NCBI RefSeq assembly: GCF_031769215.1
Contig: NW_026782165.1
Coordinates: forward strand, 186,001-250,000
Reading direction: 5' to 3'
DNA from: Ylistrum balloti
Taxonomy: Eukaryota
Length of the DNA: 64,000 nucleotides
The notes beneath the pieces are model-generated. The model saw nothing but the letters and a program-made list of their open reading frames with translations. It was not told where the DNA came from and searched no databases. Each line of letters begins with the position of its first letter. Position 1 is the stretch's first letter. This document shows, piece by piece, positions 1-14,700 of this stretch. The translations under genes and the position numbers were made by a program.

Positions 1-1639
1 TAGGTACAGAAGAGAGGATGGCATTTCTGATTTGGACAAGAAGATTGATTTGTGATAGATGACTCAGATTTAGTTTTTCACTACACCTACACAATTACTG
101 AATCTAGCAATCGTGAAAATGGTAATTCTAGCTATGTTGGTTCTGATAGACATGTACAATTACATCTGAAAACGTCACTTTTTTCACCCACCAGAATCAT
201 GCAAATGATTAAACAACTGTAACAGAGCACCGATGCAAATTTACGCGCCTATTTGTCTTTAGTAACAATTGATCATCACGTTTGGATTAATGTCAATTAA
301 GAACATCCAAACACATAACGTTCGGAACAGAAAAAAAACGACGGGAATAATACAGAGGGCAATGCAACATGTGTTTAACAAGCAGGAACAGATTGCGACA
401 GAATGATACAGCAAAGTGCATTATGGAAACGATACTAAGTTCATAAGACATATAGGGAGCAGTGTATATCAAGAGAAGCTATCAAGAGAAATATCAAAGG
501 ACTTCATAACATCTAGAAAGAAGACCATCGGGGAAAATTTCCCTTTAAATAGAACATTGATCAGAGAACAGATTGTTTTTCAAATCGCGAGTTCCACAGG
601 AATTATGATATCCGGTCCGGGACCAGTTTTATCAACCATACAAGAGGAAAGCAGTTAAAAACATATATGAAAAACGATATGCTACAAAACACTGGAAGAA
701 AACAAGGATATGACGGAAACAAATGGAAACACTAAAAAGAAAAACTACCAGCAGCAATATAAAATAGGAAACCTAACATACGATATGATTTCAGAATAGC
801 TTGCACTTAATCACACAGTCAGTAAATTCACGAAATCTAATTGTTTACTTTTTGAAATCTGATTTTCTGTATATTTGACATGACACGGTCACCATGTTAA
901 CATGACGTTGTGTTATTGCTCTGGCCGTGGTTTAATATCCTGTAAGGCAAGTCAAGGCTTCTTCTATAGACACATGAAACAATTTATGGCATTGAATGAT
1001 ATTCATAGAAAGTCATAACGGATGCTAATTTGTCAGTTTGTTAACGATTAGGGTTTTCTTGCAAGACGTAATGATGTGTCATCACGTAATCTTAAACGGA
1101 TAGACAGCCGTGTAACGTGTATTGATGTACATGTGTTTGTGTTATATTAGTGTTATTCTATACCAATTCAGTAATACTGGCGTACATTTGAATAATTGTT
1201 TTTTAAAGTAATCGCATTCGGTTTATCTATTCCTTTAAACAAATACCAAATTCTTTCATGCATAATTATCACATACGTGTTATGCCAGACAACTACAGAA
1301 GACAATAAAATTCAGGAGTAAACAAGGGCAAAAGGAGTTTTGATGTTCTCAATCTAGTTTATAACAAGCATCGATGTTAGGATGAGGAAGCATAGATCAA
1401 CAACGCGGGGCCAAAACATTTTAGTGAAGCGATTAAGAAAGACCACGGATTTATGTCAAATACAACGATAGCCGATTTACCGATATTGAAATGTAATAAT
1501 GACGATACGACTGTATAAATGATTTTAGAATACGGTTTTCAATTAGGAGCAGTACAGGTTACCTACCATGCAACTTATCGTCGAAGGAGTAATTTACAAG
1601 ATAATTGTAAATGTATAGCAGACATGGCTTAGAAAACAT

Positions 1640-1920
1640 AATAAACGAAGAGAAAAAACTACAAGAAAAATATAGAAATGTCAATAAAATCAAACATAAT
1701 AAAAAACAGATGATAAATATAAACAATGCAAAAAAAATTACAAGGAGACCTAAGGAAAAAGGACATAGAGAATAAGCCCAGATGTTCCAGAAGAGTAACC
1801 GATAAACACATACGCTATAGCAGACACAATTAAACACCATGTTGTAAATTTTCGTAAACAGAGATGAATACAACATTGCAAACTCAAGAGAAGACCAAAA
1901 GATATCTTCACAAACATTAC
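1640..1920 (-). mobile_element. Highly decayed 3' end of a Penelope-like element
   Basis: Minus strand has an LRKF remnant, then GGTTACTCTTCTGGAACATCTGGG (variant of the 3'-UTR motif seen at 29161 and 62095), then a T-rich tail. Confidence 0.4.
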
Positions 1921-3239
1921 TGAGAGTTTCCCTTTTTTTGTCCTAATCGAGCCCACTTAAAACACCTTACTTTTATCAATCTGTCGTAAATATCGTTCTC
2001 ATATAAACGAATAAAATTTATTTATAAACCATCTAGTTAAGATACGGTTTGAAAATAATGATAATTTGTAGTATCTGATCGAATGAAAGCCGATGTCTTC
2101 ACACGGCTGTGGTGCTGACATCATTGATCAATAAATGGTTGTTAATCTTGGTGTTTCTTTGATCGATTAACTTGATAATTACTCGCTTTATATATCAGCT
2201 AGGACACGTTTTCACCCTCCACGTGACATTGGGGGTGGCTATAAACGTCAGATAAATTTGTTTTGCAGTCGCAGTCTGGAAGTTCCCATGGGAAACTGAC
2301 GTCACGCAGAAGTCTACTCAACCGATTTCATGATTTATGTTGAGCAGTATGCTACTTCTATGATGACCGTTACTCGGTTATACTCTTAAACATGTTTCCG
2401 TTTGCTTAATAGATAGACAGTATAATAGCCAATTCGTAGCAGAACAAACATGACCCGTGTTTTACATAATCAAAATTACATTCTGCTCTTACCTATTGAT
2501 AGAGAGCAAAGCTGTCTGGACACGGCGGTACAACAGGTGTCGCGATTCTGTTACCTAGAGTATTCAGTCAATGTGTTAATTAAATCAATTTCATGGGAAG
2601 CAACGACTTTCTACCTGTATTGACGTATTTGAGATGTTTGTTATAAGAATATTGAGAGCCCTCCTTCCACAAATTAAACTGCTTATCGCTTTTTGTTTTG
2701 TTTTAAGCATCCTCTTATATAATGCTGAAGGAGTCATACAGAACTAACAGTTTCAAATTCAGGTTTCTACGGATATCACGTGTATGGACTCTAGTTAGTG
2801 GCGATCGAAATGACACAATTTTTAGACACTGTTTTCGCAAAATGTTCCAAGATTTACAAAATTGACGAACTTGATTATTTATGTAAGAGAAGTATGATGT
2901 TACATTGTTTAATAAAGGATCAAAACTACACAAAAGCATTCATAACCGAAATCAAATATTTATATATCGTTTTGACTAAATAGTAACTCCGCGCATGACC
3001 AGGGGATATGCAACGTATAGGTTTGATTAGGATATATGATATCTGAGGCAGTCAAGTTCGCACGAGTATTTATATCTGTATATTCTGTACAGTATGACGT
3101 AAACATAAAATTGGTACCAAGCCCTCATGAGAATTTGATAAAATAATTGACTTGATTCAGACGATAGTGTTACACCTTATTAAGTGTTTTCTTGTGTTGG
3201 GGAATTAGACAATAAAACAGTGTCAAATCCAATGGTTAT

Positions 3240-3465
3240 TTAGAAAAATTCATCAATGTTTTTAGAACAAAAATGTCTTTTTGGTATAAAATGGATGCGA
3301 AACGACAATAACAAGAGAATACCGACTTGTGAACATAACTACAATCCAAAGTTATTTAGAATAATACTAGGGCAAAATATTAACAAAAGAAAGATTTACT
3401 CAGATACTAGTGAAAAAGTGAAAGAATACCAAGTGTTCCGAAAGAGTAAGCGGCTTCTGTCATTT
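3240..3465 (-). mobile_element. Decayed 3'-UTR fragment of the same Penelope-like family
   Basis: Minus strand CAGAAGCCGCTTACTCTTTCGGAACACTTGG followed by T-rich sequence. Confidence 0.4.
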
Positions 3466-6400
3466 TACCTCTAGTCCGCTGATATCATATGACAGAAAAC
3501 AGGATTAGGTTGTTTGTCGGTCACTAATAAAATAAACGTATTTGAACCATGATTAGAATCTCATTTTTCCTTTCTCGTGACACAACGCAGGGCCACAAAA
3601 ACTATATTCCTTTCATTATAGAAGATAATGTATAGGATAAAAATAAAAATATGGAATTTTTCATAAGAATGTGACTTTTACTGTAGTATTGCATTGAGAA
3701 AATTATTATACGTATTCCTGGTAAATGTGTCTAATAAACAATAATCATATGGTTGGATAGAAAATATCATACATAGAAGATTTACATTTTATTATTATTT
3801 GATAAACATTTCAAATTTTGATCTGTAAACCTTTTGTTTCATTTTCTTTTTGTTTCAACTGATGCCATCTTCATTTGTCTTTGAGCAAAATAAAAAAATC
3901 AAACAAAATAAAAAAGAAAATCGCATGATATATTGTGTTATACACATAGATTAATGTATACAGAATAAAACACTATTGTTTAGTACATTTACGTATCAGT
4001 CAAAGACCTATCAAGAAGATTAAGGTTGGTAATTGTACATTGTTATACTATTGAGAACAAATCGATACGTTAAATATGAGAAAATCTTAACGCAGCGTGC
4101 ACTACATCAAAATTTGTGTTGAAACGTTATTGCATTAAACTTCAAAAGAATAACCATCACAACTGCAAAAATGTATATCTTAACATAATGCTGAAGATCA
4201 AAATCAAATACCTACACTTTTAAACGTATCGAAAATTCGTCTAGAATACATATCAACTTTATATACACTGCAGACAACCGTTTAGAAAATTGGCTCATTT
4301 TTTCCGCATTTTGAAAAAAGCAATGCTATTCCTGTCATATCGGATATAAACAACAAATACCAACGCACCAGAAAATATCAACATCATGTCAAACTATGAA
4401 GCGGCCGTTTATTTGGCAAACAAATGCATTATTATTTTTCGAATATGGAGAGGAATTATGAGACAAAATAACCCAAATTTCATGCAATTCGTTTCCAAGT
4501 GGATATCACTTTCAAATTGACAACGGGTTAAATTTCGTATGACATGCGATATATTCCCATATGTCTGTCGTTTCGAGGTTCAATTTCCTTCACGTAATCA
4601 GCAAATTTCCATACAAATGGAACCGAGAAAGCTAATTCAAGTTCTACATTAGATTATCCATGGTTTGCCAACATTTTTCTTTGTCTGAAATGCTTTTTAG
4701 GGGGTCATGACTAATTTCATAGCTGTCCTGAGACGAAGCGGAAAATACATAGCCAAATGAGAAAACAGGAAATAAAAACCATTCTTCATATAACACTTTT
4801 GTAATATTGAGTCTGAAGTTGTCATGAGACAATCAACAATAACACACCAATAATATGCTTTAAAATTGTTAGGACATTTCGGAAAAAATAGTTGAAATAT
4901 AAGTAAACTAGGGATGGTGTGATTTTAGCGTCTACAAATTAATGACGACTTTTTGTTTAGGCTTCTCATTTCTTCTTAATCGAATGTCTTCACAGAAGAT
5001 GGTGTCTGTTAAATTGTGAGCAACCCTTCCCGATTAGTATTGTCACATTTCTTTTTCCTTTGATGACTAGTTATTTCCTAATGTATATTGAGTCTGTTCC
5101 GGCTTTTGTATATCCTCCTTTTCTGTGGTAGTTTGACTGTTCGTTTGGCATAACTTTTGTTCTTGAGTTTGTGTTTTGTTTTTGCTTGTAATCAGCTTGT
5201 GTTTCAAAAAGTGAAAGTGTTTTCCTATCCTTTTCTTTTTGTGTCTCCCAATTCCAGTATTTTTCTTCATACATTTTTGTGGCGGTATGTTCCTTTATTT
5301 CAGTGTGCCTCTATTTTCTGTGGTTTCTAATCATTTCTGTATTTGTTTGTCTTGTGCTCCGTACATTCTACAAATATCAATATCGTCTTTTTATCCTCTG
5401 TTGTCTGTTTTTCTTTAAATGTCGCCATTGTTTCTAACTTTATTCCACGATGATGTCTTCAAGAGTTTATAATCAATTCAATAATTACAAAATAATCAAT
5501 AAACAGGGTTTTTTTTCTAAATTTCATTTTGGTAAAAAAAGTAACAACTAAAATAATGACAATAAAAAACAAACGTTCGGACATAGAATACCTATAATCA
5601 AACAGGCTTCATGTTGCACAGCACAGCGTTCAACAACAACCCACTCTTAATAATTAACTAAATAATTGTTTATAGAAAATATTTTACTTAATATGCATAA
5701 GGTAACTGATGAATTATGCGAAAGAGACGTAACAACCTTGTCATAGATTTTAAGACACATGTAGTTATTCTGCAATGGCTATCAGAGGAGTTAAGGGGGC
5801 AGATATCGAATTCTGTTGATGCCATGGAGAATACACATTAGGCTAATAACACAACGACGTGGTGAATTATGGGGATGGAAGCAACTGTTCGCCATCAGTC
5901 GAGCAGTCTCGCTACTTGTAGGGCCATGTCATGTTCAGCTTATTTGCCGCTATGATTCCCAAAGGGACTACAACTCAAAGAATTATACCTGCCGCGGCGT
6001 AAAAACTAATCCCTTGGTCTCCTCGGGATTTCTCGAGCTATCGCGAGAACCCAACGAGATATTGATCTACAGAATGTTCTCGCGTGAGTGAAAGGTTTTC
6101 AAAAATACTTCATCATCGTACTAATACACGGAGTCAGGCTAAGGGGCGATATGAATTGACTGAAACCTACGTCCATAAATATGTATGAATTTATGCTACA
6201 TAGTCAGGATATATTTCATCTAAAGTAACCGAATCATAGTCTGTCTCTCACAAGAGGAATGTCTACTTAGTGTGAGAGTGGGTTCACAATTGATCAAATG
6301 TTGACTCTTTAGAAACATCTCTTGCCTGCAAGAATATATATTTTGCATCTAAGTATATCCATATAGAAAACTTGTGTAAAACATTGATCCCTTTTTATGA

Positions 6401-8623
6401 GTGAATACAAGTGACTGAAATGTTTCTGACTATTTAAGCTTTGGATCAGTCAATTTTCGTCCTTTCGTTCGTTCGTTTATTTATTTTTTTTTTCATTACA
6501 AAAACTTTTATCTTTGTTGGTACGCTTGATTGATAACGAGACAACCAAGATGTATATGTAATTCGAGAATTTCAATACTCTATCGTGCAATCTCGCCTTC
6601 TTTTGATCTAAGACTAATATTTATTTTTATTTTTCATTTCACCAAAAGAAAAATCGGCAAGTGATAACAACAGTCTATGAGAACAATAGTCAATAAAATT
6701 GATACATTTATTACTATAAGTGGTAATATAACTGCTTACAATATAAGGAAAAGGTACGTAATTGAGCTTCAAATGTCTAGTGGAGTCCCCGTAAGGAGTT
6801 TTGCAAAATATGTCCAAGCATTTCTCCCTTTGGTTCCTTAATTGACAAATCAGCAAAAGTATTAAAAAAGGTCCCCAATCAATCAACGCCTGGTAATATA
6901 CGGAAACCACAACTAATAGAAAAAGACTAGCAGGAACTCAAAACATAGTATTTTGATATCCTTTACATGGGGGGGCTGGCCTGTTTTATTAGCTGAGAAA
7001 TTCATCATGGCTTGTTTTTACAGCGATTGGCTACATTGATAAAGCGCCAGATCTTTGCGGCAGAATAACGAATAACAGTCCTTTCTGACTCGACATTTCT
7101 GATTATGGATCATATTTCATAGTCGCTCCATTTTATTAAGTTGACAATTCTATATATCGTGTGGAGGTTAGACAGTGAAAAATGACCACGAAATACGGCT
7201 CCGTTCCGATGTTTTACATGGTGATACATGCCCCGTGTTAAAATAGGCATTGTTCACAGCCACTTCATCTTCCTGTCACGGCCGCATAGTATCTAGAAAA
7301 ACAAGAAGAAGACAGATGGTCTCCGAAATGTATTTTATTCCGAATGGATGATACGTCTTAATCTCGTGTGCGTTTTGTTCGCATGGGTCCCATAGGGAGA
7401 AATTGAATTATTCCTAGCGTGGTTCTTGAAATTGAATTGAACAGTCAAATGAACAACACATTCAGATGGAAGAAGGAAGAAAGATGTCGACCACTTGTCC
7501 CTATGGACAAGGCTTTCATCCTAATATCTATTCTCTAAAATAAAGAAATACTTTCCAACTCACAGTGTTATTGATTGTTTGTCTAATTTAGGGTGCAATT
7601 TCATTCAATAATCTAAACTCAATATGCGGTACTGTAGAGGTGAAAATTAAGAGTAGACGAATCCCATCAGAACGTTAGAAGCGACATTTCTATAGGTAAT
7701 TGTTCATAATTAAACGGCTGTAATGGGGTTTGCCGTTAAGAATCACTAATTTGACTATCATCCGATCACAAGACAAAGTCATCCAGTTTGATGATTTTTT
7801 TTTTGCTGCTATGGGACAGAACAGAAACATCACAAAACACTCTTAGAAATTACCAAGGGACATTTTATCTGATGTGAGGTCATCAATCGCCAAGATGTTG
7901 TGTTAGTCATCCTTCTGGTATACGGGTAAATCATATCAACGTCCTTTAAGAATTATTGGTATTTTTGTCAGTTTGTTATGCTTGCCTCGAGAGACAACAC
8001 GTTCATATATTATATGCCAGGGAATTAAGGCGATAAAATATGTGCCTCTACAAAACGAAAGGACAATTGAGTTGCAAATGGTGTGAGAATAAAAAATGTG
8101 AAAGGGCTTTCATCTGTACATCTTAACATTTCTTCATTGTCTTAATACATGTATATGATCAAGCAAATCTCTAGATTTTTTTTTCAAATCCACGAAAATG
8201 CTCTCAATGTTTAAACAAATGGATAGGGACCGTTTCCCTGTCAAGCTTGAGCTTCAATGTACCGAATATCTGGGGAACGTACCTACACGTATGTAACTGA
8301 TAGGCTATTTTCTTATATCATTCATTGTCGATATGAATGTCTTGCCTTTAGTCATTTGTAAGATTTAAAGATGAAATTATTGAAACAGGTATATTTAATA
8401 CGACTTAGAGTAAAGGACATGACATAGCATTGGTCCTGGTTTAAACAATATCTTATTCATTATCAAGCAATAATACACTGACATATATGATGACAAAAGA
8501 CGCTAAGTGCTTATATAAATCCTCAAAGGTAACCGACGTACAAGAAAGAACTGCGTTCCGAGTTTCACTTTTAAAGAATATACCTCTAGTATTTAACACG
8601 TATCTTTCTCTTTTTTCGTTCAG

Positions 8624-8733
8624 ATATTTTTGCTACGGAGCCTAGCTTCGACGTTCCGGTAGTCAATATCACAGTGGTGGAAGGAAAGACTGCAATTTTA
8701 CCATGCTCCGTTGAACATTTAGGCAATCATAAG
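8624..8733 (+). CDS. Ig gene exon: Ig1 N-half (IFATEPSFDVPVVNITVVEGKTAILPCSVEHLGNHK)
   Basis: ttttttcgttcag acceptor; AAG|gtaagt donor; first Ig Cys. Confidence 0.9.
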
Positions 8734-11033
8734 GTAAGTTCAAAGAAGGAACCATTGTAGGGGACTTCAGGAAAAAGGTCCGATTAATTTATTTTCCAGG
8801 AATACCAAATTACACCGTCGTGATATATCCCATTAAGTAAATGAATATCGGCTAAAAATGTGTTAATAATGAGTTTTATGTAAACAAACGAGTTCTTTAT
8901 CGGGCAGATATTGTGAACGTATTAATATACGCCATATTTTGTATGTATTTGTATATTATAAAGATTTTACGTTGGCCATGATATAGATATTTGGTATTAT
9001 GCAGAAAAACTCTCCGACATTGATAGACACTCCAGACAATAGCTGACGGACAGATAGACCAGGAATTAGACAGCAAGCGGCGATTTTCCTATGAAAATGT
9101 ACCACCGTGTTATCAAAAGTGTGGTTTCCAGTTTGATATTCCCTTGTGCTTTCTTTTCATTACACTTCAATTCCATACATAATAATTTAATCATCTAATA
9201 GTCTTAGTGTTTTCCTTTCGACGACAGAGTCGATAAGTGTCAATTTTGTTCAATAATTGTATTCCGGATCCGGCAAGAAAATCATTTGCTTTTTGTCGTC
9301 TGCTCTTCGAAATGGCATGATTCAAGCGAAGGAACCAAGGAGCCGTCTGTTTTCGCTTATGGAGAACAAGTTGTATCCACATTCATTAAGACTCTTATTT
9401 TATCAAGTATAGTTATGTCGCATGGGAAAGGAACGTAAATAGTGTGCAGACTTCAACTCACCAGTAATGCAGACCTCTTAAATAGTACAACGCCTAGACA
9501 ATAGCTTTTTCTATTAAAGCAAATATGATGCTGGATCATGAAAACAGTCTTCTATATACAACAGTCTCCCTGTCCCCGTCCTCTTTAGGTTCGGAGCCTT
9601 TTCGATAATATTGACTTTCAAGTGGCATCTGCTCTTCAAACTAGACCTGGAATTGATAGGTTTGGTGATTCGGTGATTCTTCTGTTTTTCTTGTTCCTAC
9701 TGTATGATAGTCTTACCATAACATTTACATTAAGGCTTCATGTCCAAGATGGCTAACGTCCATAAACATGACCTCTGCCCAAAGTCATAAAAATAATAAG
9801 ACAAGAATTTCCGCGCGCTCGTAATCAGATTAACCCTTTCTGCCGTTACTTGACGATGCAAATGAAAGGTTGAAGGAGCCACCAAACAATTACTGTATAG
9901 AACGCACCCAAGAATAAGTTCCGACACTATAATCTCGGGGCGCGTTCGATTGAACATGTCTTATTTATTTCATCAAAATACTCATGGATGACTGCCCAGC
10001 CCGTTCGATCATTTACATTCCTTGACGGTGTTTTAACAGCAGATAGTTTTCGGTATTACAAAGTAATCTCGCAATGAATTGTTTGTGTATTCAATTTTGG
10101 TGACTCGATGGAAATGAATAGAGAAGAACAAATATTAGTAATAAAACCTTATCATCCGGATGATATACAGTCTAGCAATCAAAGTTGCTCCATATCATAC
10201 ACAACGGACATGCCTTATTGTCTATAGCTTTCTGTAAATTCTTGTTTAACAAAAAAACGTAATTTCAAAAGACTTAAGTACAAGGCAGTAAAATATTAGA
10301 GGATATAGAGACGGAAATATCAGTGACAGGATATGTTTGTGAGTTATCTCTTACAATGTTAAGTAATGATATAGTAACAAAATATAACGTAAAACACGCA
10401 AACTTCAAGTGAATTATATGGTTTATCAACCATTGGAATTACATAACTTTTAATCTTGAGATAAAACAGGAAAAAATCTTTCTTATCTTTGAAGAAAAAA
10501 AAGTAATTTTGTGTTTGTTTGTTTTAGTTAAATATCACGGTTTAAAAAAAAAATTGGTTTTTTGTTTCATTTTCTTTCAAAACTAATTATCTAGATAAAA
10601 TTGGTAGGTAATAAAAACAGCAAGCTCCTATACAGTGTTAGGATCAGTAATGATAAGTGAATTTCGGTTAGACTTATTTATTGTTTGTGGAATACACACA
10701 AAAATAAATTCTTGTAAGCACGTGATTAAGAATAAAGTGTTATGTTTCCTTAGACCTCTATTAGTTTTTCCTTGGGTTTCCCATGGAACGCGTAGGACAA
10801 ACAGATAGTCAATATATAAACGGAAAACCATAATATACTGTCGTATTCAATGATAAAATGTAACGAAATCTAATTAAAAAATCACATCTTTATTATAATC
10901 AAATGTTAGAAATTTTAAATATGGAAATTCAAAACTGTAATTTCATAAATTATTCAATATTTTGTGAAATTTAAATCTCAACAATATAGACTCTACTCTC
11001 CGCGTCACTGAAGACAAAAATAAAAAATAAAAA

Positions 11034-11066
<33 letters not shown>

Positions 11067-11741
11067 GGTATAATGAGGTTCATTTTATAATTAGGCATTA
11101 CTGTAGCTAATTCTAAAGTTATACTGGGAATGCCATCTACTTGTGGTTTTTTAATTTTTTTTTATTTTTACGCAAAAAAATGTATAGCATTAACTTTCAC
11201 TAAAACCATGTGTCTATATCTATTGAAGTTAATATCAAGATGAAGTTGTATTTGCGGTATCGTAATGGTTTGGTCTTCATGATGTAGAATGGAAACTTTA
11301 AAGAAGCAAACGCTTTGTACATGTTTTGTTTGTTTGTTTTTTTATGATATTTAGGATAAAAAAAAACTCGACATTTATTACCATTGATCTCTGTGTGGCC
11401 CACTACATGACGGATTGTACAAGTGTTTCAATAATTACACTAACCATTGTAATGTATCATATGTTTGTAGGTGGTGTGGACAGATCAGTGGTCAACTCTG
11501 CTTACTTTTGAAATCCAAAGAATAATTGACGATGACAGGATCAGCGTGGAGCGGCCATATACCAAAGACTGGAACCTTCTTATTCATGAAGTGCGATACT
11601 CTGATAGGGGCCGGTATACTTGTCAAATCAACACTGACCCTATCAAAACCAAAAATGTTGTATTATACGTTTTAGGTAAGTCTTACTATGGCAATTAGTT
11701 CAGGATATTGTAGGGAAAGCATTTGCCCCCCCCCTCCCCCC

Positions 11742-11772
<31 letters not shown>

Positions 11773-14700
11773 AAATTAATTTAAACAGCACATATCACCT
11801 GTTGCATTAGATTAAAGAAAAAACTTGAAAGAAAAAACATTAAAATATTCATTGAAATATTTTGTTGATTGACCAAGAAACACTGACATACACTAAACAT
11901 TGCCAGTATTAGATATAACGTTGTTTTTTCATAAAGAATTACATTCATGTAAGATTTGTTTTATGGAGTATGACGTCATTTATACATTAAATATGTTTGG
12001 TACCAAATTAAGTCTGACTGAACTATATAACTGCCGTTCAAACACAGCCTGTATTTTCATATTCGATTTAAAATGACTGTATTTTTCGGTTAGTTTCTGT
12101 TTACGACCTAGGCAGACCTAAAAACCGTACACATCACATTTCATTTGTAAAATGAGAGACACAGACATTTCTAAGTCGTCTTTCCAAGCGCGGAAAACTC
12201 GCAACGGTTTTCCCAAGTTGATATAAAACCATCGCCACAGAATAATTGATTAGATGGTTGATATTTGGGAGAATCCTCTGTAACAAATTACAAGTATCAA
12301 ATTAAATAACCCAAATAACAGAACAGAAGCTAACAGTCATAAACGTTGCTATTGTAAATAAGTGTTGGTGTCAGGGACACAATTATTCAAAAAGCGCATG
12401 TTAAAACGTTAGATATACAAAAATAGAATATAATTACCCGAATATATAGCTGGTCCAATACAATACATTATGCGCTTAAATGACACATCATGATCATTAG
12501 GTGGATTTGACAACGGTTTCCAGTTTACAATAAAGGTTAGGATGTTGGTCCATTTCGGTGATCTGCTTGTCCGTTACAAGCTGGTGTATTATTTCACTAC
12601 AAAGTCTCAAATCGCCACATGTCCCTCATTCCTGTTGCTTTTGATTTAAACTTCTTTTTTAAAAAAAATACATAACCTGTTAAACCAATTTATCAGAATA
12701 ATTGAAGAAAGATTTACGAGCAATATTTTTATTATTATTTGCATTCAGTGTTACCTTATTTTCCTTGTATTGTGCTGGAACACGAATTACAAATCACATT
12801 CTCCTTCACAGCAACCAGGACGGTATGTGATGGGTAATCTGTGATAATACTGATAACAAACAGGGCTTCATTCACAGAGAGATGATAACCAGATAGCTGT
12901 TAGACAATTCGCTCATTCGTGAAACACTCACTGAGATTCTCTGGTTGTCAAAATGTAATTTATAGCAGTCTCTCCGTCATTAATACGATAAACGCATTAG
13001 TAAATGATACTGTCAGTAGAAATGTGAACATTTGACGTTTAAATGTACATTTTAATATTCTATTGCTCACTGTAGTCTTGTATCACAAATAATAAAATTG
13101 TAATACAAAACAATCTTATATTAAAAAGAAGAATAAGATTCATCCAGATAATCAGGTCATGACTTGAGCAATATTTTTTGGGTTATTTATACAAGGGACT
13201 AAATGGTTAGATTTTAATTTGATAACTGATAAAAGGCATTATGATATCTTAATATCTGTCAGAATTTGTGCACTTTCAGTTAATTACAATATTTAAAAGT
13301 TTGCATAAAAACGTCAAAAAATCAAAATGAAATAGGAGCGACCCAACACTAATTCATAATCATAATAGTTCGGAAATTGTAAACAATGTATTTGCGCATG
13401 CGCGATGCGAAAAAAGGTAGAAATCATAACTATGATGGCGGATTCCAAATCAAAGCGGAGAGGTCCTAAGTCTCACTTAACTGAAAGTACTAGGAAAGAA
13501 AAGAATTCGTGATTTGAAATATAGGAAGAACTAGCTTGGGATATATGACAAACAGTTGGCATCAGTTGAAAGAGAGCGAGTGAATCCTACAAGTCATTCC
13601 TTTTCAAATGAATCACTTAGTTTGATGTTAAAAATAAAAAAAGTGTTGTAATTTTGTGAATAATCTAATTTTAAGTACTAGAATGCTTGTTCGAAACCAA
13701 ACGCATGAAAAAAATAACAAAAAATAAACACTCAGTCCCTTTAAGACCAAGAAAGAAAGAAATATATCAAGTGATGTAATTCTATTAAATGACGATTAAA
13801 GTGATATTACGGTAAAACGACTTTTTAAACTGATTTTTTTCTCGATTACTAGATATGTATATCACCTAAGGGAGCATCGTCACCTATAAACAAAATGGTT
13901 ACTCGCCTGAATGGGTCGCGACAATGTTGTCAAAGATATGACTTAATTCGTAATTCTGAATTGACTTAGAGCTATCAGACAGTGATTGCCACACCAAGAA
14001 CAAAATCCAATGCTGAAAAACGGGACTTTACTTAACGTCTTACTTCTGTCACTGTCATTTCGTTCCGCATTCATGTGGCAGTGTTAGGAAAATGAACATC
14101 CTCGTTTTAAAAACTATGACGTGACGTCATCAGCACTAGATTTTAGAGAGGTTTCCCGAACTATGGACGTGGTCAAGCTGGCTTGACTGTGAACATCGGG
14201 ATAACATAGAAACGTATCTGGAAGTATAGAAAATACACTACAATCAAGAACAACATTAATGTTTTTACCGTGATGTCCCTCTAACATTATGGCATACTTG
14301 TCAAAAACAATGTCAATGAATGCGTGCATGTTATAATCCGTGTATCAATACGGGCTGTCATATACTGAACTGAATTATTCCATGGATATGAACGTTACTG
14401 TTGAACTTCATGAGGTAGGACATGTACTAAGGGCAAATTGTGGGTGTTGTCATCAGGTTGTTGTTTGGTGCAAGTCTTCTATCAGAGAATGGTGTTAATC
14501 TACAAACATCAAAGATCAATTCAAAATAATTTCATTTGTCTATTTTTGTTGACGGCGTTGTTATCAAGATCTGACAAGAATGTTGATATCATTGCTTTTA
14601 GTTGCCCCGCGGATAGTCGATGAGGCGTCCACACGTGAGGTTGTAGCTCGTGAAGGCGATACTGTTACTCTTGTGTGTAACGTAACAGGAGTTCCTCCCC

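Noticed and set aside
416-658. 80-aa ORF and most other short ORFs in the track (e.g. 18654, 23751, 47642)
   Set aside because: No recognisable motifs, no splice context, and composition typical of AT-rich non-coding DNA
4264-4330. TA-CACTGCAGACAACCG resembling a Tc1 terminal repeat
   Set aside because: I found no matching inverted end
5067-5440. Strand-asymmetric A-rich ORF fragments on the minus strand
   Set aside because: Low complexity and no domain recognised; possibly retroelement debris, but unsupported
5700-5745. CTGATGA..GAAA hammerhead-like spacing
   Set aside because: Stems I-III do not pair and there is no NUH in register
9191-9382. Peptide DFLAGSGIQLLN..T resembling a LINE endonuclease C-terminus; also an RNase H-like hint at 16463-16705
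   Set aside because: Too few conserved residues to call without an HMM search
10150-10165. Perfect 16-bp palindrome TATCATCCGGATGATA
   Set aside because: About two such palindromes are expected by chance in 64 kb of AT-rich DNA
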